The notes beneath the pieces are model-generated. The model was not told where the DNA came from and searched no databases. It saw only the letters and a list, made by a program, of their open reading frames with translations. Both the position numbers and the translations under genes were made by a program. A stretch of DNA of 63,794 nt, counting the filler, from Lenisia limosa (Eukaryota; Protista; Breviatea), in assembly GCA_001655205.1 (NCBI GenBank). It is 16 parts of 16 records of this genome, joined end to end, with 100 filler letters (N's around TTAATTAATTAA, not from the genome) between each part and the next. Parts side by side here need not be neighbours in the genome. Positions count along the whole stretch, not along the records: positions 8,078 to 18,514 come from LPNZ01011401.1; positions 18,615 to 20,776 come from LPNZ01002403.1; positions 20,877 to 28,043 come from LPNZ01009845.1; 13 more parts are not named here. One strand, 5' to 3'. The stretch's first letter is position 1. The number at the start of each line of letters is the position of its first letter. Shown in pieces: positions 12,670 to 25,851 of this stretch.

Positions 12670-14335
12670 ATATAATGATAAATACCCCACTGAAAAAAGT
12701 TCTTTTTCTTCAAATTGTTTCAATCTTTGCACATTTGCATCCACACCTGCGGGCTGTACTCCGGTCACATTTCTAGTTGTTACTAATAAAAAAAAAACCT
12801 TGATGATAAATTTCTAACAAAGAAAGATCGTTCATGGTAATAAAGCAAGGCATGTTCTCTTGAAACAGTGTCATCTCCTTGGGGATGCTGCGCTGTTCCT
12901 GAAAATTTGATAATACACTCTCAATACTATAGAAAGGTTGTGAATCGACAGTATGAACTACCTGGGACTACTATATCATTGTCCTTCGTACGCCTTCCAA
13001 CACGAGCGCCTTGTACACCAACAGAAAAAACCTGAAGGCATTGGCTACTGATTCTCTAACCTTTCCCGCAAGGGGCCCCATATGTTTCGCCCTAATTGTA
13101 CAGAGTGGTTCAGATTTGGCTGCAACAGGAGCTTAAAAATTAATTAATATCTCGAGAAACTCTTACTAAAAGGAAGTTGGACAGGACAATAAGAGGAACA
13201 GTTTACCATCTGCGAACGCGAAGACTTCCTGTTTCTCTTTCTATTTTTCTAAGTTAAGAAAAAAAATCACAGAAATGCCAGGTATTAGCTCCAAAAGACG
13301 AACTTGAGTCTAAACTATCAGGTCTTCTTCATCCCTGTACCTTATCTGACAATTTGGCTTGTCTCAAAGTAACATCAGGATTCAACTCAAAACCTTCTGG
13401 GTGAAGTCTTGATGGAAGAACATGAAGCGAAAACTTGGAACCAACTTCAACCTCATCGGAACTGCAAAGTTTAAGCCGATCAGCTGCCATCAGTATTACC
13501 TAAAAAAACATGAAACAAAAGTCCCAAGCCAACCTCGTTTATTTGTGTATCAATTGGAAACCTCAATTCTTTGAGCTTGGACTGAACCACAAAAGTTAAG
13601 ACCACCTCTTCAGGTGGAAGGTTAATAACTCTTAGTCGAAGATGCAAAATATCCAAAAATAAAAAAGGGAAATGACTAACTCCTTGACTCAAGTGGTAAC
13701 TTTTAACCGTTCTATTGTCATCAAGCCATGCTCCTTCATTCAAACTATCACCAAAGGGTACATATAGTCTGCAGTCATCTCCAAAACAACGAAACACAGA
13801 AGATTGGGACATTACCAATATGAACGAAATACAACACCTTCCTCTTGATTTCACGAATTGTAGAGCAACCTTCAACAGTCATTGGGAAATATCCTCTCAA
13901 ACTTGGAGCAAACACTTGAAGAAATCTTTCCAAGTGAGTTTTTTAAGTACAACCATTGAAAGAAATAAAAAGAGATCATGTACCCACATTTGATTGTTTG
14001 TTAATGCAGGACACTCGGGAGTTGATTTGACAAGGAGTTCAAGCCACTCTTTGCTACATAGACCGCACTCCTTGAGTGTTTGGGATGGCAATAGCCAATT
14101 CCCATCTCCATTGCTGATTTGCCTGAGGGAATAAGTTTCATTTAAGAGCGAAAATGGGGCAGATAAAAGTAAATGCTCAACCTGCTGGATCAGTGTTTAA
14201 GCAGTGAAATATTGTCCAATCTTTGACTTTTTCAACAGTCCAGTCAACTGGAACTTCAATTGTGACGCAGTCAACCGACAAGCCCACCAAAATTCTCAAA
14301 GTTATTTTCGAGAAAACTTCAGTAACTTCTTGCAT
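12670..14335 (-). CDS. Protein with tandem ubiquitin-like (talin F0/F1-like) domains and a C-terminal FHA domain
   Basis: FHA: GPLAGK|VFSVGVQGARVGRRTKDNDIVVP|GTAQHPQGDDTVSREHALLYYHERSFFVRNLSS|RNVTG. N-terminal repeats contain WLLPSQTLKECGL, WLDDNRTVKSYHL and LNPDVTLRQAKL. Frame breaks resolve with short GT-AG introns. Confidence 0.68.
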
Positions 14336-16423
14336 TCTCAAATTTCTCTTCTGTTTCTCTTAATCTCTTAAAGAGCTCGCGCGCTTCTAAGCAGGGGCGG
14401 TCAAGGGGGGGGGGTGGCATTTGTAATTNNNNNNNNNNNNNNNNNNNNNNNNNNNNNNNNNNNNNNNNNNNNNNNNNNNNNNNNNNNNNNNNNNNNNNNN
14501 NNNNNNNNGCAGAATCGATGGGAAACGATATATTTCGTTATATTATATCCTATAAAACCGAGAGAAACAAGGTTTGAAACCTTTTCATCGGCGACAACAA
14601 GCATTACTGTATGCCTTATATCTCTTCTAGGTCTAATTGAGTGTTTTTTGGTTTAATAACTATTTTTTGAGGGATCTCATATTCCTTTCCTTTTACCATC
14701 TTTTTACCCTCTTTTTAAAGTATTTTTGTTGTTGTTATAGCTTGAAAAATGCCTTGTGCTGAAATTTTGTTTTTTATGTTTCTGTATTCCTCTTCTGTTC
14801 TTCTTTTTAATTTAAAATATGATGTCCCGTCATTTTTTTGAAAGAATTTGACTAATATTTCTTCTCCCTCACCCTGTTTTCTTTCCCTTATTCCCTTTAA
14901 TCTCTTCAAGTTGACCATTTAGATGGCAGTTTGCGAAAAAAGTATTGGTAGTGATGTAATTGACCCTGGTGATGGTGAAAATGGATTTATCTCCTCAATA
15001 TCAGAGCTTCTTTCGCTTAGGTATGCTGGATTTTTAAACAAAAGATAATGTACTGTTTTTCCACAGTTTTTAGTCAGGATGTCAGCAGTCCGCATCAAGG
15101 CTGTTTTAAGTGTGGCGAGAGGGCTACACGAAGCTTAGGAAAAGAAGTTGCGGTTGCAGCCCTGCATAACATGTTTTGGGCTGATATCAAAGTATGCCTG
15201 AGAGGCAAAACTATTAAATGGTATGCATTTGTTATAGACATGCTATTTTTCGATGTGTTATTAGTGTAATCGGTATCATAGGGGAGGTGTTTTATGGGAC
15301 CAAATGTGAATTATTGTAAATAATTATATGGGTGTGTTGTGCTTTCCAACAGTCCTGTCCCGAATGAAATAATATTACAGCAACAATCAATAATCGTGTT
15401 CTTTTTACGAAAACCGAAACATTTCTTGCGTAGGGCGCCCTCAGGGTTTAAGTTGTTACGTAATTTAGCTGAATTTTAAAAAAGTGCACTCGGCAAATAA
15501 AAATTTTAGCAATGTTTAATCAAATTTTATCCATTTTGCTCAAGCTTTGATTAACATTTGCTGCATTGATAAACATATCTATACCTATCCAGAAACTTTT
15601 GCAAAAACCTGGCGATTAGAAGCTTTTATTGCTCTTTGGAGCTGTTTTTCGCTATTTATTGATAACTGAGACCATGTCACTTCATTTCGAGCAAAGTTCT
15701 GCTTGAAAACGAAATACTTGATACGTTTTTTAAAAACTGGAGAAAGAGTCTTCCCAGACAATCCTCGAAATGGAATTGTTACGCTTATCGAGTGCTTGCA
15801 AAGTATTTTTTAAAAAATAATTGCAATTAATTCTTAACAAGTAACAAATTTCTTTTGGTTAAGAAAATTCCATAAAATTCCCGAATTTAATTTTTTCAAT
15901 TTTGTACTCGACTTTTTTTGTTTCTTTTTTTTTTTATTAATTTTGCAGAATTGCAATTAATTCCTAGTCCTATGATATCATCAAAAATATTTCATGTAAT
16001 ATATAATTAGTATATGCTGGACCGGCTAAACCCTATAAAACCCTATATAAAAAAAATTCCTTATAAAAGTAAATCATCTTTCCATTCTTTTGTTGAAGTC
16101 CATATAAAATAAAACAGATACACCAAAATTTGGTATTTTTGATGTACTTCTGTTAACATCTGCCATAAGTTGGAGGGAAACAACGAAAAATATACAATCA
16201 TTAAAAAGCAAAGAATAATAATTATTTTAAAAATATAGGGTTTTATAGGGTTTAGCCGGTCCTGCATATCTACATATATAATATATATATGATATAGTAT
16301 ACGTATCATATATGATATATATTATATAGTATAAATAATTGCATTATGAAAGTTTATCAAATCGTTTACAGAGTGTGTAGATTTATTGGGTAATATTGCT
16401 CTTATTCATTCTCTAGTTGAGTC

Positions 16424-17948
16424 TTTGTCCTTTGAGTCCCCATTTCATGGAAAAGAGGGTGTTCTTCCACCAGGTAAGTCTATCTAAGTTGTAATTATTA
16501 TCAACCGAAACTGTAACTTTATTTGGCCCTTGTGCCCACCCTCATACTAATTAACATTATACAAATCATATCTTATCTTTTTGTAGGATATGTTCAGTTT
16601 GACGATGATGTTGCTTGCCTTGTTGCCAAAGATACACCTGTAGTGTCTTCCACAAGACTTAACCAAGACAAGTCTGGGTACACCACTTCATACCACCACA
16701 GTCTGGGGCTGAGACTACTTGACCATCCCATCTTTCCGCCACCGCCCTTGTGCCATGGAGCAACCTTTGGCCGTCTTGACATTCAGGAAATGTTTTTGAA
16801 AGCTAAGCAAGATGACCGTGTTGAGGTAAAAGAGAGAGTTCGCCTCGAGGGATCACGAAAGCGTGGCGGTGTTTCAGTATACCGAGTTGATGGCGCATCA
16901 GATGTCATTCGGCCGGATGACTGTACCAGAATTCAAGAGGAGGGTAGGACGATGTGCAGCAACTGCTACAACTGTCTTCGGAGTCTGAAGAAGAAAAAGA
17001 CACGTTCTGTTCCCCCATCTCCTTCACCTTCATCTTTAGATCGCCAACCCTCACTTCCCCGACTATCGCACCTCCTTATTTGGCTACCCCAAAGCGAACA
17101 CTCTCGGCTCAAGGAATTCGCCAGGCGGTCATTGACCTCGACCAGCCTGCTCCTCGATTCCTCAGTTGGAAAGCACCATCAACTGCTCTCCAGGCAACCC
17201 TTCTCAGAAACGACGTTAAGAACGCGACTGAGGCCCGCGAGCTCAACAACGACATCAAATTGAGGGAGAGAGACCGTCTGATCCCTAGCTTTCAAGTTTT
17301 CTGCTGCTGTGCTGCTGCAGTGTACTCCACATTGTCACGTAAGGCAATCTTCGCCATTCGTGGAACTCTTCCAAGGAAAACCCATCAGACTTTCTTTTCT
17401 GGGGGTGCGATGGAACAAGGTAAAGAAGTCCAGGTGGAAGTGGCACTGTGTCGTTTTACCTTGACCCCGAATGCAGCTACTCGCAAGCTATTGCCAAGCT
17501 CCAGCAGCACAAGGTCGAGAACAATGAAGTTTATATGGGGTTGAACGATGCTGATGATACAGTTGTTGAAGCAAGTCTCCCAAATGATCCGTTGTCAATC
17601 CTCGAGTCCCCCCCGGAGCACATTGACCTGTCGAAAGTGCCATCACTTCAGAAGAAAGCCTCCTCAAAACCTACTGTCCGCACGGTTGTTCGTGACGTCA
17701 CTGTCAGTATTATTGGTTTCCCATCACTTTCAAGTACGAAGGCCTTCACCAAGAACATCCCCTCAGGTGACGGAAAATTGGACCTCAAGAATGACCAAAT
17801 CGCTACTGTCGCCAAGGCTTTGACTTCTCCGCTTATCCAACTCGATAGGAAGCTCAAGAACGGTGAGAAGGTCTTTGAGGAAGAAGTTGCTCAAGCATTG
17901 GCCATGGCCACTACTATCGTTTCTTCAAGCGACGAAGTATTATTGTAA
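16424..17948 (+). CDS. Unknown protein or decayed transposase-related gene (overlapping ORFs)
   Basis: Three overlapping + ORFs (16523-17263, 16954-17544, 17448-17948) after a spliced 5' exon. Contains a CxxCxxC motif (MCSNCYNC). Frame junctions unresolved. Confidence 0.45.
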
Positions 17949-19112
17949 GCTGGTCCTGTTTCTTCTTGTAATATTTTCATTTTGTTGAAAACACAACACT
18001 TTCATAAAGCCTTCAATCGTTAGAATCATATTTTGAAACAAATTAATGAGATCATGTCCAATTGCCTCATTTGAATTTATCTTCTTCTTGTTGTTTCTTA
18101 TCATGAGGGGTTGGTTTTCTGAGAATTTTTACCATGTGTATACGATGATATGCTCAGGCGCAGAAATCCCGTTGTTTATAATTTGAAGCAACAGATGAAA
18201 CTTACAAAATTCCTCGCTGTNNNNNNNNNNNNNNNNNNNNNNNNNNNNNNNNNNNNNNNNNNNNNNNNNNNNNNNNNNNNNNNNNNNNNNNNNNNNNNNN
18301 NNNNNNNNNNNNNNNNNNNNNNNNNNNNGTTACACACCTGATAGCTTTGATCCTTTCTTAGTCAACATCCAAAAGTTTCAAAAAGGTTCCGTCTATTGAC
18401 CAACTGAAGAACAAGGATATCCAAAAGTTACTCATCAATTTATCAGAGCTTTAGACAGTGAATCCAATCTGAACGCTCCATTATCAGCACCAAATGTGTA
18501 TCTTTCTGTGCCTTNNNNNNNNNNNNNNNNNNNNNNNNNNNNNNNNNNNNNNNNNNNNTTAATTAATTAANNNNNNNNNNNNNNNNNNNNNNNNNNNNNN
18601 NNNNNNNNNNNNNNCTTACCCATCTTCCTTCAATGATGAGTGGAGGAGAGCAGCAGAGGGTGGGGGGGGGGGGCATTTTGAAAATACAGGAACAGTTCTA
18701 TTATATTTGCCAAATAAAACAACTCCTTATAAATATGCATATGCTCTATCTAGGGCTTCACTTCGGTTCGAAAAAAGACTGAAATCTCGATAAATCTTCG
18801 AAAACTATCTCTATTATCCTGAACCGAAGTGAAGCATTAAATATATCAATATTTCTACCTGTCTTTTTCCGGCCCTACCGAAACCCTTTTCACCATTACA
18901 ACCTTTAATATTGTTTTTTTTATTTTGTTTGTATCTTTCTAGGGTTCTGTTCAATTCATTATGGGAAAATTAATTGACAAAATTAGAGATTTTATAGTGG
19001 TCTAGAATAGGTTTCTCGTTGCAGTATGTTCCACTTCAAATTCTGAAATTAATTTTCCAATCAGTTGCACGGAGCCCAAGTAGTATTGTTTTTTCCAATG
19101 ATGACATTTTAG

Positions 19113-19950
19113 TGTACCATTGCACGAGCAGTCTCAAACTCTCCAAGTATCCTGTTACTCGACGAACCGAGTGGGTGATGTGGGTGGTGTGATAAGGGTG
19201 ATGTTGATGTGGGGGGATGGTGGTGGTGATGGGTGATCTGGATGTGGAAAGAACACCTCATGGAATTTTTATAATTAATTGAAATGCTGTATACAATATA
19301 ACAACTTTTAAATATCATATGAGAGTAAACTACAGTAAATATAATATTCACTTGATGATGGTGATGAACATGGGAATATGGGTGATGATGGTGATGAACA
19401 TGGGGATGTGGGTGATGATGGTGATGATGATGATGGTGTGGGTGATATAGGCAGTATCACCATGCTTATTAACATCAAAATCATCATAAACATTATCAAC
19501 ATAACAATTACCATCACCATCAACACAATCAAAATCACATGCTTCAAAACCATCATCACTCTAATTAACACCAATATCAACAAATCCATGACCACTCCAG
19601 CCGGCGACCTCGACTCAATGAACTCCCAAATCGTCATGTCCCTTCTTCTGGAACTGCAGCAATCCGAGGGAATTACCTTAGTCATGGTTACACACGACCT
19701 GAATCTCCGACATTTGGCTGATCGTGTGGTATGAGGATTATCTGGAGCCAAGTGTAATTAATGAAAAATATGAGGGCCCAAGGTAAACGGATTATCTGAG
19801 GCGCCGTACGAATTCCCCTTTATTTCCCTATTAGGTAACTATCCGAGACGGCAAGGTTGCAGGTGACGAGGAAGTTCCCTTGCAGTTAAGAGATACAGCC
19901 CGAGAAGAGCTCAAAAATGACTACGAAGCTATCCAGGCTAATATGAGCCG
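19113..19950 (+). CDS. ABC ATPase of the LolD/MacB/FtsE (MJ0796) type, AbcH-like, C-terminal part
   Basis: CTIARAVSNSPSILLLDEP|TGDLDSMNSQIVMSLLLELQQSEGITLVMVTHDLNLRHLADRV|VTIRDGKV: Walker B, D-loop and H-loop. Exons 19113-19170, 19601-19728 and 19835 onward. Confidence 0.9.
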
Positions 19951-22900
19951 GGGTTTGAGGGGGCAGTATTATTGCATTATAGTCTCATAGTTTTTCAGCT
20001 ACTTTGTTCTTTACAAAACACGGAAAAAATATATCGATGTTTGTCAAGGATTTATCAAGAATTCAGTCTTTTGTGGAACCGAAAGTGAAGCTCCCCCCCC
20101 CCNNNNNNNNNNNNNNNNNNNNNNNNNNNNNNNNNNNNNNNNNNNNNNNNNNNNNNNNNNNNNNNNNNNNNNNNNNNNNNNNNNNNNNNNNNNNNNNNNN
20201 NNNNNNNNNNNNNNNNNNNNNNNNNNNNNNNNNNNNNNNNNNNNNNNNNNNNNNNNNNNNNNNNNNNNNNNNNNNNNNNNNNNNNNNNNNNNNNNNNNNN
20301 NNNNNNNNNNNNNNNNNNNNNNNNNNNNNNNNNNNNNNNNNNNNNNNNNNNNNNNNNNNNNNNCAACCCCCACACGGTACGCTTGTGGTGCGTGTTTTGT
20401 GTTTCACTTTGTTTTGAAAAAGACTTACGAAATGATATAAATCGAAATGATATCCAATAAACTAATTTTATCAAAACTTGTCGGTGAATGTGTCTATTAC
20501 CTGTCAATATTCAATTCTTCACTTTGGTAATTTCACGAGCCCAAAATAGCCCTTTAGATCCGAAATAGTCTTCGACTTGATTCAAATTGAAAATTTTTCA
20601 AATACAATAAATGACTTTGCCGTCTTTCAAAGACCCTCTTCCAATTTTACGTGTGAATTCAACACAAACAAATACTTATTGAAATTTAAATCACCCTTCA
20701 GAGCTAAAGTACACTACCTTGCGCAGAATTGAGACTCTTCCTTTTGCTGCTGCATGCATGTGAGGGGGGGGGGGGGNNNNNNNNNNNNNNNNNNNNNNNN
20801 NNNNNNNNNNNNNNNNNNNNTTAATTAATTAANNNNNNNNNNNNNNNNNNNNNNNNNNNNNNNNNNNNNNNNNNNNGTCCAAACTCCCTCCCCGCCCTGA
20901 ACCTTCTCAAGGACTACCTGAAGTACTAAACCCGACTATCAGTCTCAGTCAAAAACGCCTTGAAGGCGCAAGGCAAGGTACTACGTCGTTTACCTATCAA
21001 ACTAATGAATGTTCTTTTGTTTCACAGTGGCCTTTTTTGAACAAGAGCAATAATATTCGAAATCTAGGGAAACAAATACAAATTATGCTTCTGCTCCTCG
21101 GCGCCCTCCAGAGACACACTCTGCCTTTTTTGTTGTAAGGAAGCCACTCGAGTCCGAATAATAAGTGCCTCCCCTGCCCAAGATGCCTCTATTCACCCCT
21201 CGCGCAGACGTTGCAGGGGAATATGGAATTTAACCCAAAATTCTACCCAACTTCAGGAATTTTTACCCGATATTTTGTTTTTACCTCCGACCACTTTTTC
21301 GGAACTAGTTTCTCCAGATAAGACCGTTTCCTTCCTCCCTGCGTTGAAACGAAACCTTACTCTTCCACAATCTTTTTTGAATTCCTCACTTGAGAAACGG
21401 CCAAATACGACTTTTTCAGCGTTGTTGACAACCCTGTGAAACCTTTTACATTCAATATCTCTTGTTTTGAGGGCCTCAATCAGAGATCCCTAACCATAAA
21501 TCCATCTAAAACATAAACTGAACTCTCTTCATTAGGTTTTTGACGGACCTGGTGGACGCTCCTTTGTAACCACAAAGACAACTGTGATGGTAAATGTGGT
21601 CCACGTTTCCAAAACAGTATTTTCAAATTGTTGAGATGATAAAACTGCAGACTGGAGAAGGCACCGAATATCTTCTTTTTTAAAACAAGAGAAATAAAAA
21701 CGCAGAAGGCATCCATCCAAATAAGATATTATTTTTGAAAAAAAATTCACATCTTTTGAGAATGAGTATACATTTTCTCGCTCTCCTCCAACTGAGCAAA
21801 GCTTACTTTTTAGATACAAATGATCAGGTGTCAGGATCAAATCTTCGAATTGGATTTCTGTTTTGACAAAGAACGCGATCAGGACCATTTTTGAGACTGT
21901 TGTATGTTGGATGTTGATTAACTTCACGTATATGTGTTGCAAACCAGAAGCTCTCAAGGTCACCCCTTTTTTGCGAGAGCGCCTATGTAATGAGAGTACA
22001 GCACAATTAATCCATCAAAATTATTACACAATACTGTATGTATAATCCATGAGTTAACCAAATCACACTTCTATCACTACTATCACTCCTATGTCCAATT
22101 CCAGGTGAAGATTCCACACCATTTTATATTACGTGGTACATACTGAGTGCATTATTATTGGCAATGGCAAGTCACATCTTCGAGTTACAGGGGATGGTGA
22201 TGGTGATATTAATAAATCCTATGATTTTGCCAGACAACCATTCCCCAACATACCAAGAGGAAGCATGTTGAGATTGTTGGCCACAAATCGGCAGATTAAG
22301 GGGAAGTCAAGGGTGCTGTGATCTAAACAGATATGAATGGAGCATTTAAAGATGATGATGTGACGTTTTTAACATTATCTTACCTATCATGGTACAAAAA
22401 GAATTGACCAGTTTTGGAACATTGATAAGCCTATCTTACCATTACAGTAGATGAAAAACTCAAGAATCAGGTAGGGGTTCATTTGTATTGAAAAGGTCAA
22501 AACCATACTCAACAAATATGGCTCAATCTTGGTCCCAAAAGTTAATATTTATCGAGAATTTTGAAAAATCATTCTTTTTCTTTCAAAAAGGCAAGCCCTA
22601 TAAACAACAGGAAATTAGGAAGAAGAAAGTTCCAATCAAGCCACACGACCTACAGAATTTTGACAACACAATGCTTCGTTTATCAGGCACTCCAGTAATG
22701 TGCTATTTGCGATGAGATTTTGATTGTGGGAAGACATATTTCAACTATAAACAACTACATACATAATATAACTGATATGATATACACACAGTAAACTTGG
22801 TATAAGCAGTGACCAACAACATCAGATGACAGACACTATTTACAAGAAATGCAAGGGTATAGGGAGGTTGTATACAATAGGTAGGAGTAACACCACCCGC

Positions 22901-23701
22901 TTCACATACACAAGTATACTCGGGTAAACTTGTACCCGACTAACTTTGAACAGAGTCTTCCAAAGCTCTTGCTGGGAGGAGGGGTCAAATGAGAAGAATA
23001 TTTGAAAATAATTACGAAATAAACACATAAAAGATGTAAAAAAGCATCATCAACTAACCATCTCTCACAAGCGCTGTAGTTATTAACTTTTTTACTGAGA
23101 GTCTTTCCCTGCTAACAAGTTTCAAGAAACTCACAAGCGTGACATTTACTCCCCTCCACAGTTATCCAACCATCTGTTTCCTAACCTATTCATCATACGC
23201 ATTGATGGAAGACTTTTCAGCGTGCCAATGTCGAAGGCAAGGCTGAAGATTAAGGGGGGGGGGGGGCAGCTCTTCAGCGTTTCATCCTTTTTTNNNNNNN
23301 NNNNNNNNNNNNNNNNNNNNNNNNNNNNNNNNNNNNNNNNNNNNNNNNNNNNNNNNNNNNNNATTAACTAGTATTATTATATCTGCTGATTTCTGCTTGT
23401 TGGAGACTGGTTGGGGAGCCTGGGAGTGGGAGCAGGGAGGATTTAGATCACTTGGATCAAGTGTCTTTTGGCTAAACATAAATTTCAAACCCACCTCTTT
23501 TCCACCTTTCTACCTTCAAAACTCATTCGGAATATAATATAAGCTATTTGAAAAAGAATCTTGTGTCACCTTTGCAAACGCTTCCACTGGTCATGGCCTA
23601 CTGCCACGTACCCACTAGTTCTTGAAGGCAAAGCCATATATATTACTCGGATAAGAACGGGGAGAACGGATCAGGCCGCGGTTGGCCGTGTTTAGACAAA
23701 G

Positions 23702-25851
23702 ATGAAGGTGATCTCTAAGTTTTTGAACCGACTGCATCTTGACCCGAAACATTCACTTCTCACCGGGCGCAATGTGCATGTATGAGGGTATATTTCAACA
23801 TTGCTTATGTACATCTATGAGGGTTTTTATCAACATTGCTTATGTACATGTATGAGGGTTGATATTAACATTTAAATAATTTATATATATTAACATTGCG
23901 TATTTATATATAAAAGGGTTTATAGCAATGGTATTTTCAGTCATATATTGGTGGCGTGTCGTACTACTTTTGACCTATTTAGCTTTTGAGGGAGTATTTT
24001 GCGGCCCTGGACGCCCGAGAGCAGGAAGCTCTTGATGACGTCGAGTTCCTCATGTTTATGAGGTGGGGTTTGAACCAAGGGTTTTGGCAATGTTGTTCAA
24101 TAATTGAAACCAGCCAAAATGAACTTTGTTTAGAGTGTTGGTCAGATGTTTTGATAAACGTGATGTATGGTATCAACAATCTCTTTTTGATATCCATGTT
24201 GGTTATTGATAAATTTTAGAACGGCGACTGACCTGTCGGATCGACAAATCTACAAGGTTGGACCGAAAATCCAAAGTCTCTTCTTCTTTTTCTTCTTTTC
24301 TCAGTTATGCTCATCAGGACAATGTGTTATAAGGAGTTTGGATCCAAAAAGTTCCGCTTTACCCCCAGAATCGACCGGATGACCTTTGATTTCTGTTTTT
24401 AACCCCCAACATTTCTCTAAAGTTACTTTGATTAGTACTCATTTCTACATAGTATATGATTTAGTATATGATTTCTGTATTTCCATGAACAAATCAATTT
24501 AATAGCTTATTCTCGATAAGACTTTAATAGCGAATTAGTAACACCCAGGTTTTTGACATGTTTGACGTTGATGCATCTGGCTCATTGGAGTTTGATGAGT
24601 TCTATCTTCTATGCTGCATGCTTATTGCAATAAAGGTGAGGGTAGTGTGTAACGAATGAGTTGAAATACATATAATTTGCGCATTACTTTCTCGCATCAC
24701 GAAGTAATCTTCCGATTGTAGTGTTCTCTTTTATTGCCTTTTAGGACAAGGAGGAAATGAAGTTCCTATTTCGACACTCAAGAACATGTTTTGAGCTTTT
24801 GGACGAAGATAGGTTAGCGTTTTATTATAAATTTGATTGCCAAGGAGCGAAATGCCCTAAATATTATTGTTGACAGCCAAATTTGTAGTAGTATTACATG
24901 TATACAGTAGCCTTATAGTTTATTTCCTGTTCTAATTTCTTCAGATCTGAGACCGTGGATGTGTCCGAATTTATTACATTTGGTTGGTGGGGAGATCATT
25001 TAAAGGTTCTATTTTACTCAGATAGCAGATGTTATGTTTGAATATTTTGACTTTTTTGAAGCTCTAATATCACAAATTTAGGCTTTTTGTTCAACTTCAC
25101 AGCATCAAGTGTGAGACAGATTTTCAAGGATTTCGATGTTTCAGGTGATAAGGTCGGAGGAGGGATGTAGTATACTTAGTTCTTTTGTTCTCTAATAGAG
25201 AGTCAGAAAAGCATTGTATTTTTTATAACTAGTTGTTTCTGGAAAAGTAGTTGTACCAAAAGCACAAAATTGAAATCAAAACGGCCTCTTTGGTACCCAA
25301 ATTTCCTTGCTGATTCCCCTTTTTATGGGCTCTTAGGAGCTTGACTATGATGAATTCCGAATGTTCACCTTTGCATGCATTGAGAAGCAAAATGAAATTG
25401 ATGGTTTGCGCTATTTTTGAGAGTTAATAGTTACTAATAAGAATCTCTGCCACATTTCATCGGTTATTCTCCCCCATCAATCTCCTCGGTTTTACTGCTG
25501 ACGTTTAACAGCGCGTAAACAAGACAAATTGAGGAGACGAGAAGACAGACGAACGCAAAAGCGAATAAAGTCCGAAATCAAGGTCATGAACAATGTAAGC
25601 AGTAATATTTAACTTGGAGCTGTAATGAACCTTTTATGGATGGGAATTTGAAAATACCCAAGTAAAAATGTTGGCAATTTAGTAAAAAAAAAACAGTGAT
25701 ACGATTGTCAATCTACATACATTTATTCTGACAGGCCGCTGCGGGGTCTATTGCGGCCGGACCAAGCACAGACTCGGCAACCGCCGCTACGGAGCCGACG
25801 GAAGTGGACAATGATTCCGACTCCGAACAGAGCAAATGCGTCATCACCTGA
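23702..25851 (+). CDS. EFCAB9: EFCAB9-like EF-hand calcium sensor with C-terminal CaaX (CVIT*), complete, 10 exons
   Basis: MKVISKFLNRLHLDPKHSLLTGRNVH|LLREYFAALDAREQEALDDVEFLMFMR|TATDLSDRQIYK|VFDMFDVDASGSLEFDEFYLLCCMLIAIK|DKEEMKFLFRHSRTCFELLDEDR|SETVDVSEFITF|GFLFNFTASSVRQIFKDFDVSGDK|ELDYDEFRMFTFACIEKQNEID|...SKCVIT*. Colinear with vertebrate EFCAB9 motifs (RNVK, EYF, FMYRHSR, FLFN, DFDITGD) as recalled. Confidence 0.85.

Noticed and set aside
19308-19751. ORFs 19308-19751 (-) and the N-terminal part of 19378-19734 (+)
   Set aside because: Products of intronic trinucleotide repeats. Only 19601-19728 is coding.
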